Assembly: GCA_050249195.1 (NCBI GenBank) | Contig: JBFWQY010000026.1 | Span: 6,018-70,017 of the forward strand | Direction: 5' to 3' | DNA: 64,000 bases | Origin: Bdellovibrionales bacterium | GTDB taxonomy: Bacteria > Bdellovibrionota > Bdellovibrionia > Bdellovibrionales > UBA1609 | In this document: piece by piece, positions 46,213-55,579 of the stretch | How the letters are laid out: the number at the start of each line of letters is the position of its first letter | Position numbering within the stretch: the first letter of the stretch is position 1 | Made by a program: the position numbers and the translations under genes | Notes under the pieces: generated by a model | Database searches by the model: none | Seen by the model: only the letters and a program-made list of their open reading frames with translations | Told to the model about the DNA's origin: nothing

Positions 46213-47812
46213 TTTCTTACTTAGCGTTCCGGCTTTCAATGCGCTCAAGCGCCAGGGAGAGGTTCATCTTCTGGTGACTCCACACTTAAGAGAAATCGCC
46301 GGGATGATCGCCGGAGTTCATCTCCACATCATTAACGAGGAGGATCCGGCGCCGAAGTCTCTCATTCCACTTTTGCTTCCTATCAAACAAATGAATTTTG
46401 ATCGCGTCATCAATCTCACGTGCTCGGCACTTACGAGTGTCATGACTGAGATTCTCAGCTCCCCCGGGGCCCAAGTGAGCGGATACACACGCCATGCGGA
46501 CGGCCACCTCCATATCCCGGACGATGCCAGCGCGTACAGGCATGCGCAAGTGGGGCGAGGACGCCATAATCAGTACCACATGGCCGACGTCTACGCCGCC
46601 ATAGCCGGTGTGGAGCTTGAGGACAGAGACTTCGACCTAGATGCGTCACGGGCGGCCACGAGGGAAAAGCGGATTCTGGTTCACCTCCAAGGGCGCGCGC
46701 CAGGTGAGCTGTGGAGTCATGTCGTTCAGGATATCGAGGCGTGGAATTCACACGAGGTGCACCTCATCGGGTTGAACGATCAGAGAGGACTCGCAGATGC
46801 GATTTCGCTCTTGGCCCCGGGCGTGCGAAATCGGGTCGGTTCTCTCTGCGCGGCTCAACTCTGGAAGGAACTGACGGCCGCCGAGCTTGTCCTCTCGGCG
46901 CCCGATCCCAAGGAGGATTTGGTGATCGCCATGAGTTCGCTGGCGCAGACACCGGTTCTTTGGCTCGGGACGGAAGCTTCAGAGATTTTTGAACGCGGCC
47001 CGCTAAGTGTCGGAAGCCGTGCGATTTGTACGCCGCGCCTTTTGGATCTTTCGCCCCAACGAGTTGTGGGCGAGGCGCAGGCTCTCCTTTGCGCGGAACG
47101 CCCACTGGGGCCTTGTGCCGAGCGAGTGTCGCTGTGCAAACCCTATTTGTTGCGGGGATGGGAATTGAACGATTCACCCTGGAAGTTGGTGGAAGCCATG
47201 TACACGGGCACGCCTTATCCTCCGCTGCCCGGCCTGGAAGATAAACTCGCATTGCAAAGAGTCTTTGAAATCGCAGACCTCGCCTTGGAGCAGCTGGACC
47301 GCTGGAAGGATTCGCGCCACAAGTCCAGTCTTGTCGGAATCCTCGCGTCCGTGGACGAATTGCTCACGGAGGTTTGCGCGCGCAACACCTATGCGGCGAT
47401 CGTCATCCGATGGTTTGAAACTCAGCGCCTGAGACTCCCACCTGCGGATGCGGACGCGACACTCGCATGCACCCGCCAACTCTTTGAAGAATTATTGTGG
47501 GTGGCTGCCGTTTACCGGGATTTTGCGGATCCCGCGAGCGAGGCCAAGCAAGCGTCAGATCTCTGCGTAAGCTGCGCGGCTCGACTGCGCGAGCATGAAC
47601 TTGCCGACGTCCAACCCGAGTTTCAAACCCTGCTCTCCAAGCTTCACGAGTTGGCGCGTCACTCGACGAAGGTCGCGGGACAGAGCTGGTCTTCAGTCCT
47701 GAAGACATTGAACTCCGCAATGGAACGCCAGGATTTTATCGAGGTTGCCGATCAACTCGAGCATGTTCTCGCACCTGCCCTCGGACAAGACAGCGCAGAC
47801 GAGACGTGCTAG
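46175..47812 (+). CDS. Divergent GT9-like protein with C-terminal helical domain
   Basis: MKILVLQIA..ADFLL, FDRVINLT, RNRVG; the GD and DT..HLA motifs are degenerate. Confidence 0.65.
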   Translation: MKILVLQIATDADFLLSVPAFNALKRQGEVHLLVTPHLREIAGMIAGVHLHIINEEDPAPKSLIPLLLPIKQMNFDRVINLTCSALTSVMTEILSSPGAQVSGYTRHADGHLHIPDDASAYRHAQVGRGRHNQYHMADVYAAIAGVELEDRDFDLDASRAATREKRILVHLQGRAPGELWSHVVQDIEAWNSHEVHLIGLNDQRGLADAISLLAPGVRNRVGSLCAAQLWKELTAAELVLSAPDPKEDLVIAMSSLAQTPVLWLGTEASEIFERGPLSVGSRAICTPRLLDLSPQRVVGEAQALLCAERPLGPCAERVSLCKPYLLRGWELNDSPWKLVEAMYTGTPYPPLPGLEDKLALQRVFEIADLALEQLDRWKDSRHKSSLVGILASVDELLTEVCARNTYAAIVIRWFETQRLRLPPADADATLACTRQLFEELLWVAAVYRDFADPASEAKQASDLCVSCAARLREHELADVQPEFQTLLSKLHELARHSTKVAGQSWSSVLKTLNSAMERQDFIEVADQLEHVLAPALGQDSADETC

Positions 47813-47821
47813 CCTTGGGAA

Positions 47822-49720
47822 GTGGAAACAAAGACCATTCAACTCCTGACCCGCGGGGAACCTCCGTCCTGGTGGTTTGACGTCCAGCAGGCCGCTCGTC
47901 CCCTGGATTGTCGCTGGATTGTGGAAAGCGGCTTTAGCCCCTACGCTTCTGTCGTTATCGTTCCGTGGCGGGAACTGATGGATTACCGCAAAGAGGAATT
48001 TTCGCCGTCGAAGGCTTATATCCTGGTCGACGAACGGTGGACGCCCGCGGGACTGAGACGGGCGTTGAATGCCTTAAAAGGCGCGCTGTTTATCGAATCC
48101 ACTCAGGCCGACGAGATCATCAGGGTCGTGCAAGTGGCGCTCGCGCGCCAGGTAGAAAAGGATCAGCACAGCCAGATGATGCAAATGATGCGCACACAAA
48201 ACCGCCAGATCGATGAGTTGAACCGGGGCCTTGAGCAGGTCGTGCGTGAACGCACGGTCAACGAAGCCCGTTCTCGACGCGCCAGTCAGCGCAATATCGC
48301 ACGCATGCGCGAAATTATCGGCTTCATCAAGGAATTGGCCCAGCTGTTTGATATCGCCGACATGCTGCCGCTGATTCGCAAGCAGGTGAAGGAGTATCAT
48401 GCGGTCGAAGCGCCTCATCTCTTTGTACCCCGGGGTGAAGGGCTTGGGGACTTGTATTACATGCGTGGGTCGGAAACCATTCGGTCGCGTGCGCGCGGGA
48501 TCTGGACGGCATCGGCGCGGATCCGCGTGAATGAGCCGGAGGATCGCCAATTCCTCGCCAATTCGCTCGGCCGCCCTTTCGGCCGCGTGATTCGCTTTCC
48601 CTTACTCACCGGACGCCATCAAGACGAGGTGGCCCGAGCTCCTTTGCTTTTTTTTGAACATGGCCTTCCGGCACCGGAACTGGACGCTCTCATCGAAGCC
48701 TTAAGCGAGAAGCTTCAACCAGTGAGCTGGGCCCTAGACCGGCTGTTGCTCGAACAAGAACTCAAGAGCACCTCGCGCGATTGGGAGCGCACCTTTGACG
48801 AACTCTCCGAGCCAATCGCGATCGTGGATCCGTCTGGACGCGTTCTGCGCAGCAACTCGCATTGGCGTTCGGAATTCACTTCCATGCTCGGGGATTCTTC
48901 CGATCGTGTTCAGTGCGGCGAGATGCTATATGCGATTGAGCGTTATCCGATCCGAATGCCGCCGTCACAAGCTCCGCTGTCGTGGGTGGTTTACCTTCGC
49001 GACGAAACCCGTTCGCGGAAACTGAAAAGCCAGGTTGTGCAGGTGGAAAAAATGTCGGCGATCGGCCAACTCGCCGGTCACATCGCCCACGAACTCAATA
49101 ATCCACTCACGGGAATACGGTCGTTGACTCAGGTTCTTCTCACGGAAATCCCGCCAACTGATCAGATTCACAAGGATCTTGATGAAGTGGAACGCGCCTC
49201 GGCGCGCTGTCAGAGCATTATCAACAATTTGCTGGATTTCTCCAAAGGAGGATCAGGACTTGAGCATCGGGTTCAAACGGTGGATCTCAACGAAATCACC
49301 GGCCGGACCCTGCCCCTGCTGAAATCCGCCATTAGCCGCTTCCGCAATGACATTGAATTTGCAGCGGAACCACTTCCCGTGCGCGTGGAACCACAGCTTA
49401 TGCAACAGGTGATCTTCAACTTGGTGAACAATGCCTGCCAAGCCATGGGGGAAAAAGGAGAGATTGGTGTGCGCACGCGACGGGAATCCTCCTTTGCATT
49501 GCTGGAAGTGCGCGACACCGGGCCCGGAATTCAGTCTGATCTACGCGAAAAAATATTTGAGCCGTTCTTCACCACTAAGGGAGAGGGTGAGGGAACGGGG
49601 CTCGGATTAAGTTTGAGCCGTGATTTCGTGCGCCAGTTTGGCGGCGACCTAGAATGTGAGTCGGAATTAGGCGAGGGATCCGTATTCCGCGTTCGTTTGC
49701 CGCTCAAGGAGTCGCCGTGA
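47822..49720 (+). CDS. Cytoplasmic sensor histidine kinase
   Basis: H-box IAHELNNPLTGI, NLVNNA, DTGPGI, FEPFFTTK, GTGLGL; PAS-like WERTFD..EPIAIVD. Confidence 0.93.
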   Translation: METKTIQLLTRGEPPSWWFDVQQAARPLDCRWIVESGFSPYASVVIVPWRELMDYRKEEFSPSKAYILVDERWTPAGLRRALNALKGALFIESTQADEIIRVVQVALARQVEKDQHSQMMQMMRTQNRQIDELNRGLEQVVRERTVNEARSRRASQRNIARMREIIGFIKELAQLFDIADMLPLIRKQVKEYHAVEAPHLFVPRGEGLGDLYYMRGSETIRSRARGIWTASARIRVNEPEDRQFLANSLGRPFGRVIRFPLLTGRHQDEVARAPLLFFEHGLPAPELDALIEALSEKLQPVSWALDRLLLEQELKSTSRDWERTFDELSEPIAIVDPSGRVLRSNSHWRSEFTSMLGDSSDRVQCGEMLYAIERYPIRMPPSQAPLSWVVYLRDETRSRKLKSQVVQVEKMSAIGQLAGHIAHELNNPLTGIRSLTQVLLTEIPPTDQIHKDLDEVERASARCQSIINNLLDFSKGGSGLEHRVQTVDLNEITGRTLPLLKSAISRFRNDIEFAAEPLPVRVEPQLMQQVIFNLVNNACQAMGEKGEIGVRTRRESSFALLEVRDTGPGIQSDLREKIFEPFFTTKGEGEGTGLGLSLSRDFVRQFGGDLECESELGEGSVFRVRLPLKESP

Positions 49721-49724
49721 GGAT

Positions 49725-50093
49725 ATGCGCGTGAAGGTAATGGTGGTGGATGATGAATCTTTGGTGCGCCTGTCTCTGCGTCGAGCGCTCGAGAAGCACG
49801 GGCATGAAGTTTTAGAGTCCGAGGATGGACAGCATGCGCTGGAGAATTGGCAGGCGTTCGAGCCGGATCTTGTGTATCTTGATGTTTTAATGCCTCGACT
49901 TTCAGGGCCTGACCTTTTACGCCAGTTCGCAAGTCGGGGGCGGCCCTTTCGCGCCAAGGTGATCTTGATGAGCGCATTTTCCGGAGAGTATGATTTGGAA
50001 AGAGCTAAGTTATTGGGCGCGGATTTGTTCGTTCCCAAACCATTTGACGACATATTTGCCGTTGTAAAGGCGGGGGAGGAGCTTGTCCGGTGA
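49725..50093 (+). CDS. Single-domain response regulator
   Basis: VMVVDDE, YLDVLMPRLSG, LMSA, VPKPF. Confidence 0.92.
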   Translation: MRVKVMVVDDESLVRLSLRRALEKHGHEVLESEDGQHALENWQAFEPDLVYLDVLMPRLSGPDLLRQFASRGRPFRAKVILMSAFSGEYDLERAKLLGADLFVPKPFDDIFAVVKAGEELVR

Positions 50094-50452
50094 GTCGGGA
50101 ACAGCCTGTAAAGATCGTGAAGAAAAAAATCAAACCTTACCCGATTGAAGCTGTTCTGGAGGCCAACGCCCTTAAAAAGACCGTGGAAATCATGTATTTG
50201 ACGGCTCAAGGCGCTGTCGTGCGATTGGGCACGCAAATGGTGTTTGTCGGCGAATATTACCAGACCCAGTTTCAGATTCCGGTAATGCGTGAGTCGATCC
50301 GCTCGCAGTGCCGGATCATTCGTACTTTTGACCGCGCCGTCGATCCTAAAAATGGGGTCGTGGAACGTTTGGCTGAGTTTCATTTTCAGAACTTGACCCC
50401 GGAACACAAAGAACGCATCGTGAGCTTCACGAAAGCCATTGGCCAAGCTTAA
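50090..50452 (+). CDS. Hypothetical protein, degenerate PilZ-like
   Basis: YLTAQG in the D/NxSxxG position and C-terminal FHFQNLTPEHKERIVSF; no RxxxR. Confidence 0.55.
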   Translation: MSREQPVKIVKKKIKPYPIEAVLEANALKKTVEIMYLTAQGAVVRLGTQMVFVGEYYQTQFQIPVMRESIRSQCRIIRTFDRAVDPKNGVVERLAEFHFQNLTPEHKERIVSFTKAIGQA

Positions 50453-50499
50453 AGCCGAAGTCATGGGGACACGGCTGTGGCCACGGTCCACGAGTGTGC

Positions 50500-51108
50500 A
50501 TGCGGGTCATATCAGGAAGGTTCAAGGGCCGCCGGTTGGCGGAGTTCGAGGCGGGTCACATCCGCCCTACCACGGACCGGGTGAAAGAAACCCTATTCAA
50601 TAAACTTATCGGTCGTGTAGAGGGAGCGCGGGTCCTGGATCTTTTTTCAGGAACGGGTAGTCTGGCGATTGAGTGTCTCTCGCGAGGCGCGGCGTGGGTC
50701 GATTTGGTTGAAAGCCATCCTAAAAGCCTGGCCATTGTTCGCGACAATCTGGAGCGGCTCGATATTCGCAGCGGGTATAAAGTTCACGCGGTCGATGTCT
50801 TTCGCTTTATTGCGCGCTTTCATCGCGCCGAGCGCGGGGATTCTCGGTTGGAGCCCTACAACCTGGTTCTGGCTGACCCTCCATTCACACGCGCATGGGC
50901 CCATGATTTAGCCGTGAAAATCGGCCAAAGTCGCGTGCTCGCGGAGGCGGGATGGCTTGTGATTGAAGCCAGTTCCAAAGAGCGTATGGATGACGTCTAC
51001 CCGGGTTTAATTCGCTTGGATCAACGTCGCTTTGGTGATAAACACCTTAACTTCTTTGCGAGAGACCCGGACCATGCAGATAAAGGCGATCTATCCCGGC
51101 AGTTTTGA
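50500..51108 (+). CDS. rsmD: 16S rRNA m2G966 methyltransferase
   Basis: MRVISGRFKGRRL, RPTTDRVKETLFN, LDLFSGTGSL, DPPF. Confidence 0.95.
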   Translation: MRVISGRFKGRRLAEFEAGHIRPTTDRVKETLFNKLIGRVEGARVLDLFSGTGSLAIECLSRGAAWVDLVESHPKSLAIVRDNLERLDIRSGYKVHAVDVFRFIARFHRAERGDSRLEPYNLVLADPPFTRAWAHDLAVKIGQSRVLAEAGWLVIEASSKERMDDVYPGLIRLDQRRFGDKHLNFFARDPDHADKGDLSRQF

Positions 51109-51562
51109 CCCGATTACTATGGGCCATTTGGACATCATTCGTCGCATTCAGCCTCTCTTTGCGCGGGTCACGGTGGTCGTGGCTAACTCCCAACGCAAGC
51201 AGTATCTGTTTTCACTTGAAGAGCGGGTCCAGCTGATTCGGGCGAACCTGGATAATCTTCCTGGCGTGGAAATCGACAAGTGTGATGGCCTGCTTACCGA
51301 CTACGCCGAACGCGAGGGCGCGCGCGTGATTGTGCGCGGTTTAAGAGCGATCTCGGACTTTGAGTACGAACTCGCAATGGCCGCGATGAACCGAAAGTTA
51401 AAGCATGGAATCGAAACGATGATTGTCTTCACTCGGCCGGAGTTCAGCTTTGTGGCCTCGCATATGGTCAAGGAGGTAGCTCACCATGGGGGCGACCTGT
51501 CCGGTTTGGTTCCTCCGAACGTGATAGAAGCTCTAACCAAACGTTTGTCGATCAAGAGGTAA
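51074..51562 (+). CDS. coaD: Pantetheine-phosphate adenylyltransferase
   Basis: AIYPGSFDPITMGHLDII, VRGLRAISDFEYE. Confidence 0.96.
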   Translation: MQIKAIYPGSFDPITMGHLDIIRRIQPLFARVTVVVANSQRKQYLFSLEERVQLIRANLDNLPGVEIDKCDGLLTDYAEREGARVIVRGLRAISDFEYELAMAAMNRKLKHGIETMIVFTRPEFSFVASHMVKEVAHHGGDLSGLVPPNVIEALTKRLSIKR

Positions 51563-51566
51563 ATCC

Positions 51567-52763
51567 GTGCTGTCGAAGAAAGCCCAGGGCCTGAAGCCCT
51601 CTCCCACCCTTGCCATTGCCGCCAAAGCCAAGGAATTGGTGGCGCAGGGCTATCATGTCATTTCTCTTTCAGTGGGCGAACCGGATTGGGATACGTTCCA
51701 ACCAATCAAGGACGCCGGTATCCAGGCGATTCGGGCCGGTCAAACCAAGTACTCTCCAGCCAATGGAACACCTCAGTTGCGGACCGCAATTGCCCACAAG
51801 ACAAGGGAACTGCTCGGAGTTGACTACGCGCCAGCGGAAGTGACGGTCACCGCGGGCGCGAAGTTTGTGTTGTTTTCGGCGTTGCAATCGCTGGTCGATC
51901 CGGGTGACGAAGTGCTCGTGCCCGCGCCTTATTGGGTCAGCTATCCCACTATGGTGGAGCTGGTGGATGGAGCGCCCGTGATCGTTCCCAGCGATGAGTT
52001 GACCGGTTTCAAGCCACACGCGTATCAGTTCGAAAAAAAGATCACGGACAAGACAAAAGTTCTTTTGTTGAACAGTCCCAATAACCCTACCGGACAGATG
52101 TACACGCGGGCGGAAATCGAGGGTGTTGTGAATCTCCTCCGGCGTTATCCCCGGATCGTGGTCATAAGTGACGATATTTATAACCAGCTACTATTTACAG
52201 GCGAACCGGTTGCGCCTCATATCCTGCATGTGGCTCCGGACCTTAAGGAGCGTGTGATCGTGGTGAACGGGGCATCCAAAACATTCTCGATGACCGGCTG
52301 GCGTATTGGATGGGCTTTAGGTCCCGAACCGGTGATTCGGGCGATGTCCAACTATCAGTCACAAACGGTGAGTTGTGCGAGTCCTTTTACCCAGAGCGCG
52401 GTTTTGGCCGGACTTCAGGCCGGCGATAAGGAGATCAAAACTCACGTCGCGATCCTGTGCGAACGTCGGGACCTTTTTGTGGACGCCTTGAACTCGGTCC
52501 CGGGATGGAGAGCCGGTCCTCCACAAGGAGCGTTCTACGTCTGGGCGGATATCCGCGCGCTCCTAGGACGAAAATGGCATCAGACGGTCTTGCGCACGTC
52601 CACAGATGTGGCCGCGGCCCTTCTTGAAAGTCAAAGGGTTGCCGTGGTTCCTGGCGGGGAGAGCGGTCTTGAGGGATATTTGCGGCTCAGCTTTGCTCTT
52701 CATGAGCATGATCTGAATGAGGCCGTTAAACGAATTCGATTGTTCACTGATTCTATTGATTAA
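51567..52763 (+). CDS. PLP-dependent aminotransferase class I/II (aspartate aminotransferase-like)
   Basis: LSVGEPD, NSPNNPTG, SDDIY, SKTFSMTGWRIG. Confidence 0.93.
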   Translation: MLSKKAQGLKPSPTLAIAAKAKELVAQGYHVISLSVGEPDWDTFQPIKDAGIQAIRAGQTKYSPANGTPQLRTAIAHKTRELLGVDYAPAEVTVTAGAKFVLFSALQSLVDPGDEVLVPAPYWVSYPTMVELVDGAPVIVPSDELTGFKPHAYQFEKKITDKTKVLLLNSPNNPTGQMYTRAEIEGVVNLLRRYPRIVVISDDIYNQLLFTGEPVAPHILHVAPDLKERVIVVNGASKTFSMTGWRIGWALGPEPVIRAMSNYQSQTVSCASPFTQSAVLAGLQAGDKEIKTHVAILCERRDLFVDALNSVPGWRAGPPQGAFYVWADIRALLGRKWHQTVLRTSTDVAAALLESQRVAVVPGGESGLEGYLRLSFALHEHDLNEAVKRIRLFTDSID

Positions 52764-52884
52764 ATGATGAACCATCTTATCGGGAATTCATGAGCCCGAC
52801 CAATGGCACTCCGCCTGAAGCCCAAGTCCAGTTGTGGAGTTCGGACGCCCGCACTTAGACTGAAGGAAAGTAGGGGGAGGGTGC

Positions 52885-53796
52885 GTGGCCATCTCAGTCT
52901 GGACAATGTTACAGGTCGTTTTCAATCTTGTGGTCTTTGCGAGCCTTGCGATGCTCTGGTCGCGATTGCGCCGTCCTCCGCAAGATGATCCCAGACTCAG
53001 TCGCGGCCTCCAGCTTCTGCAGACCAAGATCACGGTGCTTGAGGATTTGTCCGACCGAACAGACAGTCAGGTTAAACAGCTAACTGGATTGCTGGATCAT
53101 AAGACTCGTGTTTTGCAAAACAAAGTCCTCGAGGCCGAACAGCAAGTGATCAAAATTGAACACTCGATGAGCAAGAGCATGGAAGTTGCGGAAATTTTCC
53201 AAGACAAGATTCCCCATCAAGAGATCCTTGAGCGTCGTCAGAAGGTCGAGTACGTGAAGGCCGCACGCATGGCGCATTCGGGCTTGAGTGTGGATGAGAT
53301 CGCGGAGTCCGTCTGTCTGCCGCGTGAGCAGATTGAGCTGATCGCGAAGTTCAACCGGGACCAGTTGATGTTTGATGAGGAGGCGCTGCCGGAGTGGGCG
53401 GCGCGTGGGGCTCAGAAGGATGAGGAGTCGTTCTCGCTGGGAGATATGGATTTTGTGGCGAATCTGGAGGGCCCCAAGCACGATGTGGAACAAATGGCGC
53501 GCCTTGAAAGTGACTTCAAACAGGCGGTTAAGCAGGCGCAGGCCAAGGAGGCGGAGCCACCGTCCCCGCCCCCACTCCCACCTAACGTTATCAGCGCCAG
53601 CGCCGCGCCGGCTGTGATGTCTCTCAAAGCCACAGCGAAAACGCTCAAGGAGCATCTTGTATCGACGGCCGAGGACATTCTACGTTCGCAAAGCTCCGAG
53701 CCCTCCACCGTTAAGGACGTAGATCAGGCGACTGCTAAGGCGAAGCTTCAGGCGGTACAGGTGAAAAAGGTCGTGTTTCCGCGCATTGAACGCTAG
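52885..53796 (+). CDS. N-terminal TM, coiled-coil, DUF2802-like protein
   Basis: YVKAARMAHSGLSVDEIAESVCLPREQIELI fits the DUF2802 pattern. Confidence 0.65.
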   Translation: MAISVWTMLQVVFNLVVFASLAMLWSRLRRPPQDDPRLSRGLQLLQTKITVLEDLSDRTDSQVKQLTGLLDHKTRVLQNKVLEAEQQVIKIEHSMSKSMEVAEIFQDKIPHQEILERRQKVEYVKAARMAHSGLSVDEIAESVCLPREQIELIAKFNRDQLMFDEEALPEWAARGAQKDEESFSLGDMDFVANLEGPKHDVEQMARLESDFKQAVKQAQAKEAEPPSPPPLPPNVISASAAPAVMSLKATAKTLKEHLVSTAEDILRSQSSEPSTVKDVDQATAKAKLQAVQVKKVVFPRIER

Positions 53797-53879
53797 GGTG
53801 TGGTGAGCGCCGACAAGGGATGCTTTCCATTGATCATTGGTTCCAAAGGAACTAAAGCCGATTTGGCGAGTTGAAGGTT

Positions 53880-54311
53880 ATGCTTTTAAAAAGAACATTT
53901 GTAGCAGTCGCGATCCTGTCTCTAAATTCAGCTTTTGCGAACGACTCTTCACAAAAGGATGACATTTCGAATATCAGAAGGGCTGTCTTAGTGCCTCAAA
54001 CCAGTCTAAAGCCAAGGGGCCACGTGGAGTACATAGTCAAAGGCCATTTGCAGTTACACGAGCCCGAGGACAGAAATGAACCCAATTGCACTCTCATTTG
54101 GCGTCCGGAATACAAAAAGGTGATTCCTAAAGGCACTAAGTTAAAAGTAAAGAAGCTGAGTTACACTAGAGACAAGACTGTTATGGATATTCAGCTTGAG
54201 GATAGGTCAATCTTCATTGATCTATGGTGCGCAAATAGAGATTCAGAAGAAGTGACCTTTGAACTTTTGCATAACAGTTTGAAAGGTGTTTTTGAGCTTA
54301 AAAGAGAGTAG
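53880..54311 (+). CDS. Hypothetical secreted protein, AT-rich
   Basis: Signal peptide ending AFA; two Cys; visibly lower GC than neighbours. Confidence 0.65.
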   Translation: MLLKRTFVAVAILSLNSAFANDSSQKDDISNIRRAVLVPQTSLKPRGHVEYIVKGHLQLHEPEDRNEPNCTLIWRPEYKKVIPKGTKLKVKKLSYTRDKTVMDIQLEDRSIFIDLWCANRDSEEVTFELLHNSLKGVFELKRE

Positions 54312-54426
54312 GTCGCAGAATAAACCACTCCTTAAACACCCATCAATTGATCAGGATCGCCGGTGATCTTCGCCCAGCCGGAGATTGATATTTGGAAATG
54401 TGAGCCTTGTTAAACCATGTAGGTTC

Positions 54427-54921
54427 TTAACGTGCTGAGTCCTTAACAAAACGGCTCATATAATACCGAACCAGGTAGTCGAGATTGATCGTGTGATCAT
54501 TGTAAGTCCATACGAGTTGGCCGAAGGCGCCCCAAGCCGCGCGCAAGTTGTCTGTCGCCTGATTGTCTTCTGGCTTTGCGGTTCCCGGGACGTAGTGTGT
54601 TCCGGCGCTGGAGTAGGCGACGGTGATCAATCCTGGCTGGCGCATACTGAAGATGAGTTTGTATCCATTGCGAAATAACATAAAATCCGCTTTGGTTTTG
54701 GAGATCCCATAGATGCGCAGGTGACCATGGGGCGATCCTTTCATTTGATTGAAGGCGGATGCGGCTTCCACAAATCCCGCCTTCAAATCGTTAATGAAGT
54801 CCACGGTGGCTTCTTCCAGCTGACGGCCCGGATCAAAGCCTGCTTCCAGATCCACCACACCAGACTCCTCCATCTGCTGCTCGGCTAAAACGAGTTCCTT
54901 GATCCAACTCATTTTTTCCAC
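54427..54921 (-). CDS. Hypothetical protein
   Basis: 164-aa well-formed globular-looking ORF with AAGGGGG SD; no family recognised. Confidence 0.75.
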   Translation of the reverse strand: MEKMSWIKELVLAEQQMEESGVVDLEAGFDPGRQLEEATVDFINDLKAGFVEAASAFNQMKGSPHGHLRIYGISKTKADFMLFRNGYKLIFSMRQPGLITVAYSSAGTHYVPGTAKPEDNQATDNLRAAWGAFGQLVWTYNDHTINLDYLVRYYMSRFVKDSAR

Positions 54922-54945
54922 GGATCCCCCTTCGAAATGGTCACA

Positions 54946-55383
54946 TCATGCAGGATGCGCCACAGCATTATGATTTCGTGAGGGCATGGGATTGTCAAGA
55001 TTCTCCATATCCTCCGAGAGTGCGGGGTTTTCTCCCGTGCGGGCTGGTATGGACAAATGCAGGAAGCGGACCTCTTCCGCGTGCACGGCATTCTTATACG
55101 GCGTCTCTCCTGGCGTCGGTTCCGCTACTTTCCAGTAGGTGAGAGCTCCTTCAACAAACACCAATGCCCCTTTATCCAGGTGTTTACAGCAGGTTTCGGC
55201 AAGAGCGCCCCAAACAAACACGGAGTGCCATTCCGTTGTTTCCTTTACCCCTTCATCCGGATGGGTCCACCGCCGGTGAGTGGCAACGCTTAAGCGCGTG
55301 TAGGGGCGCCCCGCCTTAGACCATGTCAACTCAGGCTTGCGACCAAGATGGCCCATCAAGAAGACGCGATTCATACTTTTCAT
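54946..55383 (-). CDS. ssb: Single-stranded DNA-binding protein
   Basis: MNRVFLMGHLGRKPEL, LSVAT, TEWHSVFVWG, LDKGALVFVEGAL; GGAGG SD before 55383. Confidence 0.92.
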   Translation of the reverse strand: MKSMNRVFLMGHLGRKPELTWSKAGRPYTRLSVATHRRWTHPDEGVKETTEWHSVFVWGALAETCCKHLDKGALVFVEGALTYWKVAEPTPGETPYKNAVHAEEVRFLHLSIPARTGENPALSEDMENLDNPMPSRNHNAVAHPA

Positions 55384-55579
55384 TGAGAAACCTCCCTCAG
55401 TGGGTAGTGGGTTGAACTGGAGAAGACGAGTTGCAAGGCGGAAGGCCACAAACGGAAGTGGTATAACGTCGGGGTATGAAATTCCTGTCCGGATTCCAAA
55501 TTTTGTTGCTCAGCAATAGAAATGGACAGAAAATAAGATTTTCCTAAAATGCTAAGCAAATTCAAAAGGAGAATGCATC

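Noticed and set aside
55431..55450. sigma54-like TGGC...TTGC upstream of ssb (similar case near 7494-7511 upstream of lpxD)
   Set aside because: GG-to-GC spacing is 11 nt, and sigma54 requires 10
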